A DNA stretch of 64,000 nt from an uncultured bacterium (GTDB lineage: Bacteria; Patescibacteriota; Microgenomatia; UBA1400; PJMF01): positions 5,302-69,301 of the forward strand of contig CAIMNJ010000013.1 of the NCBI GenBank assembly GCA_903842795.1, given 5' to 3'. Positions 19,308-29,384 of this stretch are shown in pieces (the first letter of the stretch is position 1; each line of letters opens with the position of its first letter). The notes under the pieces are model-generated. The model was not told where the DNA came from and did no database searches. It saw only the letters and a program-made list of their open reading frames with translations. The position numbers were made by a program, and so were the translations under genes.

Positions 19308-21026
19308 ATGAGAAATTATTTACTTCTTTTTTTAATTGTTATTTTTTTTGCTTATCCAAAAAATGTTTTTGCACAAATTTTTTTCAATGATGATTTTTCA
19401 AATGATTTAAATAAATGGACTTTAGTAAGTGGCGAAATAAGCTATTGGCAAATAAAAAATCAAGCTTTGTATGGCTATATTTTTCCTCCTCAGCACGAAA
19501 GTGTTTTAGTGCCAAAGGATGAGCTATGGCAAGGTATGACTGAATATACAGTTGATTTTATTTTCAAAGCTTTTGATGGTGCCGACAAAAACTTTGTTGT
19601 TGGTATGAGAAATTCTGCTAATTTTTATGATTTTCATTTTTATAACAATCAATTAATTGTGGAGGATATTCGTGATAGTTTTTCTTTACAACTCATGTCA
19701 GTGCCTTTCATTTTGCAATTAAATAGAGACTATGCAATGCATATTAATTATTCAAAAGATAAAATTGAACTATTGATTGATGGGGTCAAAATTTTTTCTA
19801 CTGATAGTTTGTGGCAACCGCCAATACATGGTGGAAAGTTTGGTTTAAAAATAACAACAGGCTCATTTTGGGGTTCGCAAGTTTTTTTTGATCAGCTCGA
19901 AATAAAAGAGCTGAGTTCAAGTGTCATATTTTTCAAACAGAATGATCCAAAGTGGAGTAATTTAATTTATGATCATGCTGATTTATGGAGTACCCAACCA
20001 TTTATGGCTAATTGGGCTTGTGCTGTTAGTTCAGCAGCTATGATGTTGCGTGTTTATGGTTATGGTGCTTTGCCAGATGGAACAGAAATCAATCCTTGGA
20101 CGATCAATCTTTGGCTAATGAATCAGGAAGATGGTTATATAGCTGAAGGTTTAGTTAACTGGCTAGCTATTAGTAGATTGTCAAAAATTTTGAGTGATCA
20201 AAAAAATAATCTTTTACCAAAATTAGAGTTTAATTATTTTAAAGGTAGTGAAAGCGAAAATTTATCTACTTTGCAAAATAATTTGGAAGGCAATGAGGTG
20301 CAAATAGCTGCTATTCCTGGACATTTTTTCTTAGTTACTGATTATCTAGTAGAACAAAATGATTTTTCTATCAAAGACCCTCTTTATGAATATGACTTGT
20401 TATCTTTGCGACCAGAAAAAATAGAATCTTTGCGTCTTTTTAAACCCAGTCAGACAGATTTAAGTTATTTATTATTAGTTTTGCCAAAAGAATCTATTTT
20501 TTCTTTAACTGATGAGAATGGTGAAAATATTAATGATATCAAAGTAGTAACAGAAGAAATTTTTTCTTTATCAGAAAAAATTGGTGAAAATTATAAATTA
20601 ATTTATTATCAAAAACCAAAAAATGGACAAATCAATCTTTTATTAAATGCTGGCAACTATAATCAGGAAATGATAAATAAGATCAAGTTTTTCTTTTACC
20701 AACAAAACGGGACAATGCAATTGGTTGATTTGAATAGAATTTTAGACAAAAACCAAGATTTGGAAAAAGTAAATGAATTCTTATTTAAAATAAACTTTTC
20801 TAAAGAAAACCAAAGTCAAATAACTTTGGAAGTAATTGAAAAGACAATCGATGAGCAGAGAATGGCCGCGTTAAATAGTGCGGCCATTAAGTCAGAATTA
20901 GATTTCCAAAGTGGAAAAATTAGTTTTTATCTTTTTTATCAGCTAAATTTGTTAATTGATTCTTTGCGGGAGCATTTAGATTATTTCTTTTTGCTGCAAA
21001 AATTTTTAGACTTTCATCAGCTATAA
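19308..21026 (+). CDS. Secreted hypothetical protein with a ConA/LamG-like N-terminal domain and a C39-like Cys-peptidase-like segment
   Basis: A signal peptide. NWACAVSSAAMMLRVYGYG resembles the peptidase C39-like catalytic-Cys block. Confidence 0.4.
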   Translation: MRNYLLLFLIVIFFAYPKNVFAQIFFNDDFSNDLNKWTLVSGEISYWQIKNQALYGYIFPPQHESVLVPKDELWQGMTEYTVDFIFKAFDGADKNFVVGMRNSANFYDFHFYNNQLIVEDIRDSFSLQLMSVPFILQLNRDYAMHINYSKDKIELLIDGVKIFSTDSLWQPPIHGGKFGLKITTGSFWGSQVFFDQLEIKELSSSVIFFKQNDPKWSNLIYDHADLWSTQPFMANWACAVSSAAMMLRVYGYGALPDGTEINPWTINLWLMNQEDGYIAEGLVNWLAISRLSKILSDQKNNLLPKLEFNYFKGSESENLSTLQNNLEGNEVQIAAIPGHFFLVTDYLVEQNDFSIKDPLYEYDLLSLRPEKIESLRLFKPSQTDLSYLLLVLPKESIFSLTDENGENINDIKVVTEEIFSLSEKIGENYKLIYYQKPKNGQINLLLNAGNYNQEMINKIKFFFYQQNGTMQLVDLNRILDKNQDLEKVNEFLFKINFSKENQSQITLEVIEKTIDEQRMAALNSAAIKSELDFQSGKISFYLFYQLNLLIDSLREHLDYFFLLQKFLDFHQL

Positions 21027-21033
21027 TAAGCCA

Positions 21034-22128
21034 ATGAACTTTTGGCAAGAAATTCTAGCGGAAAAAAAGATGATTTTAGCTCTATCTCCTATGGATGGAG
21101 TAAGTGATCATCCATTTCGTTATATTACCAAAAAATATGGAAAACCAGATTTGATTTTTAGTGAATTTGCCAATGTTGAAGGTATTTGTCGTAGTAGCTC
21201 CACGCGGATTTTGGATCATTTTGATTTTGACCCTAGTCAGCACCCATTTGTAGCACAAATTTTTGGCAAAACTCCAGCCTATTTTAAACAAGCAGCTGTT
21301 TTGTTATGTGAGCTTGGAGTTGATGGAGTTGATGTTAACATGGGTTGCCCAGCACCAACGGTTGCTAATAATGGCTCTGGGGCTGCTATTATCAAAAATC
21401 CTCTTCTAGCCAAAGAAATTATCAAAGCAGTTCAGGAAGGTATTAATGAATGGGCTAATGGTTTAGAACTAAAAGATTGTCCAGATTTTTCTATCAAAAT
21501 GATTCAGGCAGTAGCAGCCAAAAAAGCTAAATTTTCTTTGGCGAATGCCAATCGCCAAAAAGTTCCAACCGTTTCAGTCAAAACAAGAATTGGTTATCAC
21601 GAAGAAGAAATTGCAACATGGTTGCCACATTTACTTGAGATGCGGCTCGCCGCTATTTCTTTGCATGGTCGCACCCTCAAGCAGGGTTACTCCGGGAAGG
21701 CTGATTGGGCGGTGATCGGGCGAGCCGCAGAATTAGTCAAAAGCTCTGATCCAGCAGTTACTTTTTTAGGCAATGGTGATGTCAATTCTTACGAAGAGGC
21801 ATTAGCCAAAGTTTCTGAATTTGGTGTAGACGGAGTGTTAATTGGAAGAGCTAGCTTTGGCCAACCTCATGTTTTTTTACCACAGGAAGAACGAATAAAA
21901 TTTTTGGCAGAAAAAAATATTTTTCAAGTTGCTTTGGAACATGCTCAGCTTTATGAGCGAACCTATCCGGCGGCAGAAGATTACAGGTTTTTGCCAATGC
22001 GCAAACATCTTGCATGGTACACTAAGGGCATAGAAAATGCTGCTTCGATTAGAGCTGAACTGGTGCGTAGCAATAATTCAGCTGAGGTGGAAGAAATTTT
22101 AAGTAAGCAACATTTAATTGTCGATTAA
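21034..22128 (+). CDS. dus: tRNA-dihydrouridine synthase
   Basis: ALSPMDGVSDHPFR and VDVNMGCPAP are FMN/TIM-barrel Dus motifs. Confidence 0.8.
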   Translation: MNFWQEILAEKKMILALSPMDGVSDHPFRYITKKYGKPDLIFSEFANVEGICRSSSTRILDHFDFDPSQHPFVAQIFGKTPAYFKQAAVLLCELGVDGVDVNMGCPAPTVANNGSGAAIIKNPLLAKEIIKAVQEGINEWANGLELKDCPDFSIKMIQAVAAKKAKFSLANANRQKVPTVSVKTRIGYHEEEIATWLPHLLEMRLAAISLHGRTLKQGYSGKADWAVIGRAAELVKSSDPAVTFLGNGDVNSYEEALAKVSEFGVDGVLIGRASFGQPHVFLPQEERIKFLAEKNIFQVALEHAQLYERTYPAAEDYRFLPMRKHLAWYTKGIENAASIRAELVRSNNSAEVEEILSKQHLIVD

Positions 22129-22136
22129 AATAAAAA

Positions 22137-25100
22137 ATGACCAATTTTGAAGTTGAATATAAAAAGTTAAATCCGTTGCAACAAGCTGCGGTTGATCATG
22201 TTGAACAAGGTCCATTACTAATGATCGCTGGTCCTGGCACTGGTAAGACTCAAGTTTTATCTTTGCGCATTGCTAATATTTTAAAAAAAACTGACGCGAA
22301 ACCAGATACAATTTTGGCTTTGACTTTTACAGAAGCTGCAGCCAAAAATATGCGTGAGCGTCTGCTCAAAATTATTGGTAAAGATGCTTATTATGTAAAC
22401 ATCAATACTTTTCATTCTTTTTGTCGTCAGGTAATTGCTGATCATGCCGAGTATTTTCCTTTGCAAAAAGACAGTGAGCATCTTGGTGATTTAGATCGTT
22501 ACCAAATTTTTGAGAAATTATTAGATGAGTTGAAACCAGAGGCTTTACGTCCGCTTAATGATCAATATCTTTACGTTAAAGAAATTATTGGAGCTATTTC
22601 TGATCTCAAAAGAGAAGGTATTTCTATTTTGCAGTTCGAAGAAATGGTTAGAGCAGAAGAACAAGAACTTTTAGAATTTAAAGAGACTAGTAAAAATAAA
22701 AGCAAAATTGCCAGCTTTGAAAGTAAGTTTGCTAAGAACAAAAATTTACTTTTACTTTATCAAAGTTATCAGGAGCGTTTGAGAGAAGAAAATCGTTTTG
22801 ATTATGACGACATGATTAATTTTGTGGTGGATGCTTTTACTCAAAATGAACTTTTATTGCGTGAATACCAAGAAAATTTACATTACTTTTTGGTTGATGA
22901 ATATCAAGATACCAACTCTGCCCAGAATAAATTAATCAATTTATTAGTTTCTTATTGGGAAGAACAAGGAGGTGTGGCCGATCTTTTTGCTGTGGGCGAT
23001 CCAAATCAAGCGATTTATCGTTTTCAAGGTGCAAGTGTAGAAAATGTTTTGAGTTTTACTCGCAACTATCCAAATGCTACTGTGATTACTTTGGACACTG
23101 CTTATCGCTGTCCACAAAATATTTATGATTTGGCTACGCAAATCATTGCTTACAATAAATTATCCAAATTAAGTGAAACTGATAAAAAAATCCAATTAGT
23201 TACAGATCTAAAAAGTCCTAAAGGTTTTGGTGAAAAAATTAATTTTTTCAAAGCGCCTTCACAAATTTTAGAGGCTGTTTCAGTTGCCGAAAAAATTGCT
23301 CAATTGCAAAAAAATGGTACGCCTTTTTCTGAAATAGCGGTTTTATATCACAACCACAACGATGCTAAGGATTTGATTCAAGCTTTAGAAAAATGGCAGA
23401 TTCCTTATCAATTGAATAAAGGAAATGATGTTTTACTTAACTCTCATATAGAAGAATTACTCACCCTAATGACTTTAATTGTTAATATTAGGGAAGCCAA
23501 AGAAGTTGATTTGCTGTATAGAGTAATGAACTTTCCTTGGATCAAAATTGATTCTTTGTTACTCATGAAACTTTCTCGTGTAGCCGGTAAACTCAGATTG
23601 GATTTATACGATTTGATCAACAGAGGTTTGACTTTCATTAACCAAGAATTGCTTGGACAAGAAATTTCAGAACAGCAATTCGCAGAAGTAACTGCTTTGT
23701 TAGACAAATTGCGAGATTTTTCCAAAAGAGATCAAAGCATGACTTTTGGTCATTTTTTTGAAGCGCTTATTTCTGAAGATGGTTTTGCTTTCTTAGCTTA
23801 TCTCAAACAATTACCAGATAGTTTTGAACAGATAATCGTTTTAAATGCTTTATTTGCTGAAATCAAATCGATGTTGGATAAGAATCATCAGTTAAAGTTA
23901 GCTGATTTTCTTTTGCAAATTGATACTTACACACAGCACAAAATTAAAATTCAGAGTCAGAGTATGGTTGCAGACAAAAACGCTGTCTATCTTTCTACCG
24001 TTCACAGTGCCAAAGGCATGGAATGGGATCATGTTTTTTTGATTAATTTAATTGATAAAAAATGGGGCAATCAAAGGGATAAAAGCAAAATAAAATTGCC
24101 GGCTGGCATCATAAAAAATACTGATTTATCAGAAAAAGAACGCAATGAAGATGACCGCCGTCTTTTTTATGTGGCTCTAACTCGTGCTAGAAAACAATTG
24201 CACATTAGCTATCCAGAACAAATTATTGAAGATAATCAAACTAGCGACAAATTCCCCTCCATCTTTTTGACTGAAGTCAAAGAGATTGAAGACAAAACAA
24301 AAACCTCATTTTTATTGGAAAATAAAAATGAAGAAATTCTAGCAAAAACTGAATTTTATCTTGGTAAACTAATGGAGCCAGTTGCGAATCGTTCTTTTGC
24401 TACTGATGAGCGTGCCTACCTGAATTCTTTGGTCAAAGATTTTCAATTATCTACTACGGCGCTCGATTCTTATTTACGCGACCCACAAGAGTTTCTGGAA
24501 AAAAATTTGCTGCGTGTGCCAAAAGCTAAGCAAACATTTATGTCTTTTGGTACAGCTATTCACACAGCTTTAGAGCGTTTTTATAAATTAGAAAAACAAA
24601 CTAGCGCAGTACCAAAGCTAGAATTTTTATTGGCAGAATTTAAACTTGCACTACAAAAAGAAATTTTAAGCCAGAGTGATTTTGAAGATCGTCTCAAATA
24701 TGGCACAACAATTTTGACTAGTTATTACAGCGATCGCCTTATTTATCCAACCAATGTTTTTGATGTAGAAAGAAGTTTTGGTGGTAGCAGAAAAGTTTTG
24801 TTGGGAGACATTCAGCTTTCTGGCAAGATCGATCGCATCGATCTGATCGATGCTGATCGCGGACTACTCAGGGTTTGTGACTATAAAACTGGTAAGCCAA
24901 AAACTAGAGGAGCAATCGAATCAGCCAGTCCAACTTATCAAAAAAAATTTTCAGCAAGAGAATTGGCTTTACCAGAAACAATCCGCGGTGCATATAAAAG
25001 ACAATTGGTTTTTTATAAAATTTTATTGGATGGGGATAAAACCATCAATCCAAATTGGAAACTTAGTGAAGCTGTTTTTGAATTCGTAGAACCAAAGAAA

Positions 25101-25235
25101 AAAGGTGGGACTGAACACGCCACAGAAGCTTACAGCATCACGCAAGAAGAAGTAGCTGATCTTAAGCAACTAATCAAAGAAGTGATGGCCGAAATTCGCT
25201 CACTTAGTTTTCTGGATACAATTCCCGCAAAGTAA
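22137..25235 (+). CDS. Single-chain UvrD/PcrA-type helicase fused to a C-terminal PD-(D/E)xK (RecB-family) nuclease
   Basis: Helicase motif I AGPGTGKT, motif II VDEYQDT, and later helicase motifs. The C-terminal GKIDRIDLID...VCDYKTGK is a RecB-nuclease motif. Confidence 0.8.
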   Translation: MTNFEVEYKKLNPLQQAAVDHVEQGPLLMIAGPGTGKTQVLSLRIANILKKTDAKPDTILALTFTEAAAKNMRERLLKIIGKDAYYVNINTFHSFCRQVIADHAEYFPLQKDSEHLGDLDRYQIFEKLLDELKPEALRPLNDQYLYVKEIIGAISDLKREGISILQFEEMVRAEEQELLEFKETSKNKSKIASFESKFAKNKNLLLLYQSYQERLREENRFDYDDMINFVVDAFTQNELLLREYQENLHYFLVDEYQDTNSAQNKLINLLVSYWEEQGGVADLFAVGDPNQAIYRFQGASVENVLSFTRNYPNATVITLDTAYRCPQNIYDLATQIIAYNKLSKLSETDKKIQLVTDLKSPKGFGEKINFFKAPSQILEAVSVAEKIAQLQKNGTPFSEIAVLYHNHNDAKDLIQALEKWQIPYQLNKGNDVLLNSHIEELLTLMTLIVNIREAKEVDLLYRVMNFPWIKIDSLLLMKLSRVAGKLRLDLYDLINRGLTFINQELLGQEISEQQFAEVTALLDKLRDFSKRDQSMTFGHFFEALISEDGFAFLAYLKQLPDSFEQIIVLNALFAEIKSMLDKNHQLKLADFLLQIDTYTQHKIKIQSQSMVADKNAVYLSTVHSAKGMEWDHVFLINLIDKKWGNQRDKSKIKLPAGIIKNTDLSEKERNEDDRRLFYVALTRARKQLHISYPEQIIEDNQTSDKFPSIFLTEVKEIEDKTKTSFLLENKNEEILAKTEFYLGKLMEPVANRSFATDERAYLNSLVKDFQLSTTALDSYLRDPQEFLEKNLLRVPKAKQTFMSFGTAIHTALERFYKLEKQTSAVPKLEFLLAEFKLALQKEILSQSDFEDRLKYGTTILTSYYSDRLIYPTNVFDVERSFGGSRKVLLGDIQLSGKIDRIDLIDADRGLLRVCDYKTGKPKTRGAIESASPTYQKKFSARELALPETIRGAYKRQLVFYKILLDGDKTINPNWKLSEAVFEFVEPKKKGGTEHATEAYSITQEEVADLKQLIKEVMAEIRSLSFLDTIPAK

Positions 25236-25812
25236 CACTATCAATGTCCCTTTGAGAAATAATTAATTCTTCTTTGGGAAATGGCCATTGAATATTTAGG
25301 TCAGGATCAAAAATAGAAACTGCCAAATCATCTTTTTTATCTCTTTCGTGATAAAGCATATCTACGCCGTAGAGATAAAACATTGGGCCTTCGACCGCGC
25401 AAACAGAATTGCCAATTTTTTTACTAATGTAAAGACTCTCGCCCCATTCATTATTTGGATCAGCTACAAAGTCAAAATATTCTACGTTTTTATAAGTGGC
25501 AGAATCTGGGCGGACATCTGATAGTGCGCAAAAAGCGTGGCCTTGAATGATAGTGATTAATTTATTCCATCCTTCAGTGTGAATACCTCTCGCAATTTTA
25601 CTTTTAGAGACAGAGAGATTGACTTGTTTGATTTGAAAATCTGGATTTATTCCGGCTGCCTTAATTCTGTTTGGCTCTAAAATTTGTGAAAAGAAGCCTC
25701 TTTCATCAAGGAATTTTTTGTATTTAATGTAATAGAGACCATCAATTTTGGTTTTAAAAATATTCTCTGCAATTTCTAATTCTTTATTTGGAGTGTAGTA
25801 ATTGATTGCCAT
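25204..25812 (-). CDS. dTDP-4-dehydrorhamnose 3,5-epimerase-like cupin (RmlC family)
   Basis: FLDERGFFSQ and the VNLSVSKSKIARGIHTE blocks match RmlC. The start was taken at the internal ATG (MAINYY) to avoid overlapping the divergent neighbour. Confidence 0.6.
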   Translation of the reverse strand: MAINYYTPNKELEIAENIFKTKIDGLYYIKYKKFLDERGFFSQILEPNRIKAAGINPDFQIKQVNLSVSKSKIARGIHTEGWNKLITIIQGHAFCALSDVRPDSATYKNVEYFDFVADPNNEWGESLYISKKIGNSVCAVEGPMFYLYGVDMLYHERDKKDDLAVSIFDPDLNIQWPFPKEELIISQRDIDSVTLRELYPEN

Positions 25813-25862
25813 AATATTTTTTATACTACCATAAGCCTCGATCTTTAGTACAATGGGAAACC

Positions 25863-27071
25863 ATGTCAAATTCTTATTTACCCCCACAAAATATTATCAA
25901 TCAATACGCTAATGTTTTGGTTAATTTTGCTCTTAATTCTGGCAAAGGTGTTAAAAAAGGTGAAGTGGTGCAATGTGCTGTTCCTGATGTTGCTAAGCCA
26001 ATGGCTTTGGCTTTGCAAAACGCTATTTTGCGCGCTGGTGCCCACCCAATTATGCGCATTATTCCAACTGGCTTTGATAAAGATTTTTATACTTTGGCCA
26101 ATGATGAACAGCTCAAATTTTTTCCTCGCCAATTTTCCAAAGCCAAAGCCAATTTAATCGACCATCAAATTGGTATTATTGCTGAGCCAAATCCAACCGA
26201 ATTGTCTGAAGTTGATCCAAATAAAATCATGTTGGCACGCAATTCACAAAAGATTTATCGTGATTGGCTGACAGAAAAAGAAAACAAAGGCAAATTTACT
26301 TGGACTTTGGCACTTTGGGGTGTAGAAGCCAAAGCCAAAGAAGTTGGCCTTAGCCTCAAAGATTATTGGCAGCAAATCATTGACGCTTGTTTCTTGGAAG
26401 AAGCTGATCCAGTTGCTAAATGGAAAGAAATCGTCAAAACTCAGGAAAAAATCAAGAAAAAACTCAATGACATGAAAATAAAATATGTGCTTGTTAAGGG
26501 AGCTGATGTAGATCTGAAAATAAGAATTGGAGCTGACCGTATTTGGCAAGGTGGAGGAGGTCGAAATATTCCAAGTTTTGAAATTTTTACCTCTCCAGAT
26601 TGTCGAGATATCAATGGTTGGATTAAATTTAATGAGCCATTGTATCGTTATGGCAATATTATTCGTGATATTTACCTAAAAGTAGAAAAAGGCATTATCG
26701 TGGAAGCCAAAGCTACTACTGGCAATGAGTTTTTACAAACCATGCTCAAGACCAAAAATGCTAATAAATTTGGTGAATTTTCTATGACTGACAAACGTAT
26801 GTCTCATATTACTCACCCAATGGCAGAAACTCTTTTTGATGAAAACATTGGTGGTCGTTATGGCAATTCTCATTTGGCTGTTGGTATGGCTTATAAAGAC
26901 TGTTATCGAGGTGATCCAAGTAAGGTCAAAGCAGCAGAATGGAAAGCTATGGGTTTTAATGACAGTGCTGAGCATACAGATATGATGACTACCACCGATC
27001 GTACTATCACTGCCATTCTTCAAGATGACCAAGAAGTGCTGATTTACCAAGATGGTCAATTCGTGATCTAA
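25863..27071 (+). CDS. Aminopeptidase, M29 family (PepS/AmpS-like)
   Basis: The N-terminal YANVLVNFALNSGKGVKKGEVV and overall layout are typical of M29 thermophilic metalloaminopeptidases. Confidence 0.75.
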   Translation: MSNSYLPPQNIINQYANVLVNFALNSGKGVKKGEVVQCAVPDVAKPMALALQNAILRAGAHPIMRIIPTGFDKDFYTLANDEQLKFFPRQFSKAKANLIDHQIGIIAEPNPTELSEVDPNKIMLARNSQKIYRDWLTEKENKGKFTWTLALWGVEAKAKEVGLSLKDYWQQIIDACFLEEADPVAKWKEIVKTQEKIKKKLNDMKIKYVLVKGADVDLKIRIGADRIWQGGGGRNIPSFEIFTSPDCRDINGWIKFNEPLYRYGNIIRDIYLKVEKGIIVEAKATTGNEFLQTMLKTKNANKFGEFSMTDKRMSHITHPMAETLFDENIGGRYGNSHLAVGMAYKDCYRGDPSKVKAAEWKAMGFNDSAEHTDMMTTTDRTITAILQDDQEVLIYQDGQFVI

Positions 27072-27090
27072 TGATTGTGAGAGGAAAATT

Positions 27091-28467
27091 ATGGAAAATA
27101 ATTTGCCAGAACAAAGTCCTGTAGTGCCAGCTATTGAAAATGCTTTGGAAGGAAAACCCATCGAGAACGTAGATTCAAGTTCCAACCAAATACCAAAAGC
27201 ACCAAAAAAATTTCCTCTTTTTCCTATCCTGACAGTTTTACTTATTGTTGGTGCTTTTGCTCTTGGTTATTCTCTCAACAAATCAAGCTTGCCAATTGCC
27301 AATGAAGAATCTATAAAAAATGAGACTTCTCCAACTGCGAGTGTGACTGTTGCTATCAAAAAAGAAATTAAACCACAACTATTTTTTGTTAAAGATCCAA
27401 ACCAAGATGTAAGTGATGATTTACAAGGTTGGCTGATTTCTCCAAATGATAAAAAATTAGAAAAAGTTGACTTACCAGCATTTTTATCAGCTTATAAATA
27501 TCCAACTAGTCAAAAAATTTTCTTCACTAAGTTTGCAAAAGATGGTAATACGGATGGAATGCTTTTCATTAAGGATCTAACTAGTGGTGAAATTAATCAA
27601 TTTGAACTCATAAAGCACCCAAATCCAGAAGCCAAAGAAAGTATTGCGATTAATACTTTGAACAGTATCGCCCCTGATGATTCAGCTCTAGTTTATAATG
27701 TTTCTTTTTTCAAGGATTGCCCACCCATCAGTATAGAACCTGGTTTTGAAGGAGGTTTTGGTCCATGTGAGCCAGATCCAGATCCAAATTATCCTGCTGG
27801 ATACTATTTTTATGATTTGATCAATAAAACCAATACTCATATTGACGACATAGTTATTCCAGCTGCTTGGGATTTAAAAAATGGTAAGTTTTATTACACC
27901 ACTTTGGAATATCAAAAAAATGGTTTGAAAGTGATTGACCTCAAAACTAAGCAAATTAGTATGGTAGACAAAGCTGAGACTTTTGGTTATGGTGGTTTTC
28001 CTTTGCTTAAATCAAAAATGATTGTCAAAATTGAAGGCCAAACAGGAGATGTTCCAGGACAAAAATCTTCTTCAGAATTGATATTACTTAATACTGAAAC
28101 CAAAGAGAAAAAAGTGATTGATAGTGGTCGTTGGGCAGAGATTCAACCGTTTGCGGCCATTTCTCCAGATGAAACTAAATTTCTCTATATTAGATCCAAG
28201 CTGGATAGTCAAAGCAGGGCAATTTACAGTTTATATGCTTATGATTTCAAAACTGGTATGACAAGGCAAGTTACTCCAGTTTCTACGACTAGCTCTTATT
28301 CAATTCACGGATCATGGTTGGACGATGATAATTTTGTTACCACAGTCAATGAAACGCCGACAAGTAATTACAATAGCACCAAGAATTATCTTGTCAAAAT
28401 TAATCTAGCCAATGATGAAGTGACTAAATTGACTGACGACAGCGTAATGAGATTTAATCAAAACTAA
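27091..28467 (+). CDS. Hypothetical membrane-anchored protein with a TolB-like/PD40 beta-propeller-like C-terminal region
   Basis: An N-terminal TM anchor. There are repeated beta-strand-rich segments and an ISPDETKFLY PD40-like motif. Confidence 0.4.
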   Translation: MENNLPEQSPVVPAIENALEGKPIENVDSSSNQIPKAPKKFPLFPILTVLLIVGAFALGYSLNKSSLPIANEESIKNETSPTASVTVAIKKEIKPQLFFVKDPNQDVSDDLQGWLISPNDKKLEKVDLPAFLSAYKYPTSQKIFFTKFAKDGNTDGMLFIKDLTSGEINQFELIKHPNPEAKESIAINTLNSIAPDDSALVYNVSFFKDCPPISIEPGFEGGFGPCEPDPDPNYPAGYYFYDLINKTNTHIDDIVIPAAWDLKNGKFYYTTLEYQKNGLKVIDLKTKQISMVDKAETFGYGGFPLLKSKMIVKIEGQTGDVPGQKSSSELILLNTETKEKKVIDSGRWAEIQPFAAISPDETKFLYIRSKLDSQSRAIYSLYAYDFKTGMTRQVTPVSTTSSYSIHGSWLDDDNFVTTVNETPTSNYNSTKNYLVKINLANDEVTKLTDDSVMRFNQN

Positions 28468-28503
28468 AGGGAAGAAAAACTATAAAGTGGTAAAATACAG
28501 CTC

Positions 28504-29280
28504 ATGATAATTAGCTCTGATCACCAATTAGAAAAATACAAAGAAATTGGCAAAAAATCTGCTGACATTTTGTGGCAATTATGGCAAGCAACTGTAGAAG
28601 GTGCTACTCCCACTGCCATTGATAAGCTAGCTGAGCGTCTTTGTCAGAAAAATGGCGTTATACCAGCCTTTAAAGGTGTTGGTTCTAAGAAAAATCCATA
28701 TCGCTATGTGACTTGTATTGGTGTTAACGATGGTGTGGTTCATGGAATTCCCACTGATATTCCTTTAGAAAAAGGCGACATTGTCAAAGTGGATTTTGGG
28801 ATTATTGATGAGGGTTTTTATACTGACCATTGTTTTACCAAATCTATTGGGGAGCCAAGTGAAGAAGACTTGCGTTTGATGAAAGTCGCTCGTCGCAGTG
28901 TTCAAGAGGCAGCTCGCAAAGCCATAGTTGGCAATCGTGTGGGTGATCTTGGTTACACGATGCAGAGCGTGGCAGAAAAAGCTGGCTTTAGTACGGTCAA
29001 AGAATATGTTGGTCATGGCATTGGTTTTACCATGCATGATGAACCGCAAATTCCAGCTTGGGGTCAAATTCGTAAAGGACTGACTCTGCGTCGTGGCGAA
29101 GTGCTTTGTATTGAGGCTCAGGTAATTGCTTCAGAAGATGATGGCGTATACATGGAAGAAGATGGTTGGACTATCAAGTCAACTTCTGGAGCCAAAGCAG
29201 CGATGTTTGAATACATGGTGGTAGTTCAAGAACATAAGCCAGTTTTTCTTACCCCAACTTTAGATTGGCCACTTTACTAG
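28504..29280 (+). CDS. map: Type I methionine aminopeptidase
   Basis: VVHGIP, DIVKVDFG and GFYTDH metal-ligand blocks. Confidence 0.85.
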   Translation: MIISSDHQLEKYKEIGKKSADILWQLWQATVEGATPTAIDKLAERLCQKNGVIPAFKGVGSKKNPYRYVTCIGVNDGVVHGIPTDIPLEKGDIVKVDFGIIDEGFYTDHCFTKSIGEPSEEDLRLMKVARRSVQEAARKAIVGNRVGDLGYTMQSVAEKAGFSTVKEYVGHGIGFTMHDEPQIPAWGQIRKGLTLRRGEVLCIEAQVIASEDDGVYMEEDGWTIKSTSGAKAAMFEYMVVVQEHKPVFLTPTLDWPLY

Positions 29281-29384
29281 TTTTTAAATAGTTTCTTGTC
29301 AAGTTGATCAAATAGTATCATGCTTGTTTTAAGCCTGATTTGGTGTTTGCTTTTTTGATTTTGACTTGTATAATTATACATCTT

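Noticed and set aside
29290-29330. Promoter-like TTGTCA...TATCAT upstream of rpoD
   Set aside because: The spacing is ambiguous and the match to consensus is weak, so I cannot support it from sequence alone.
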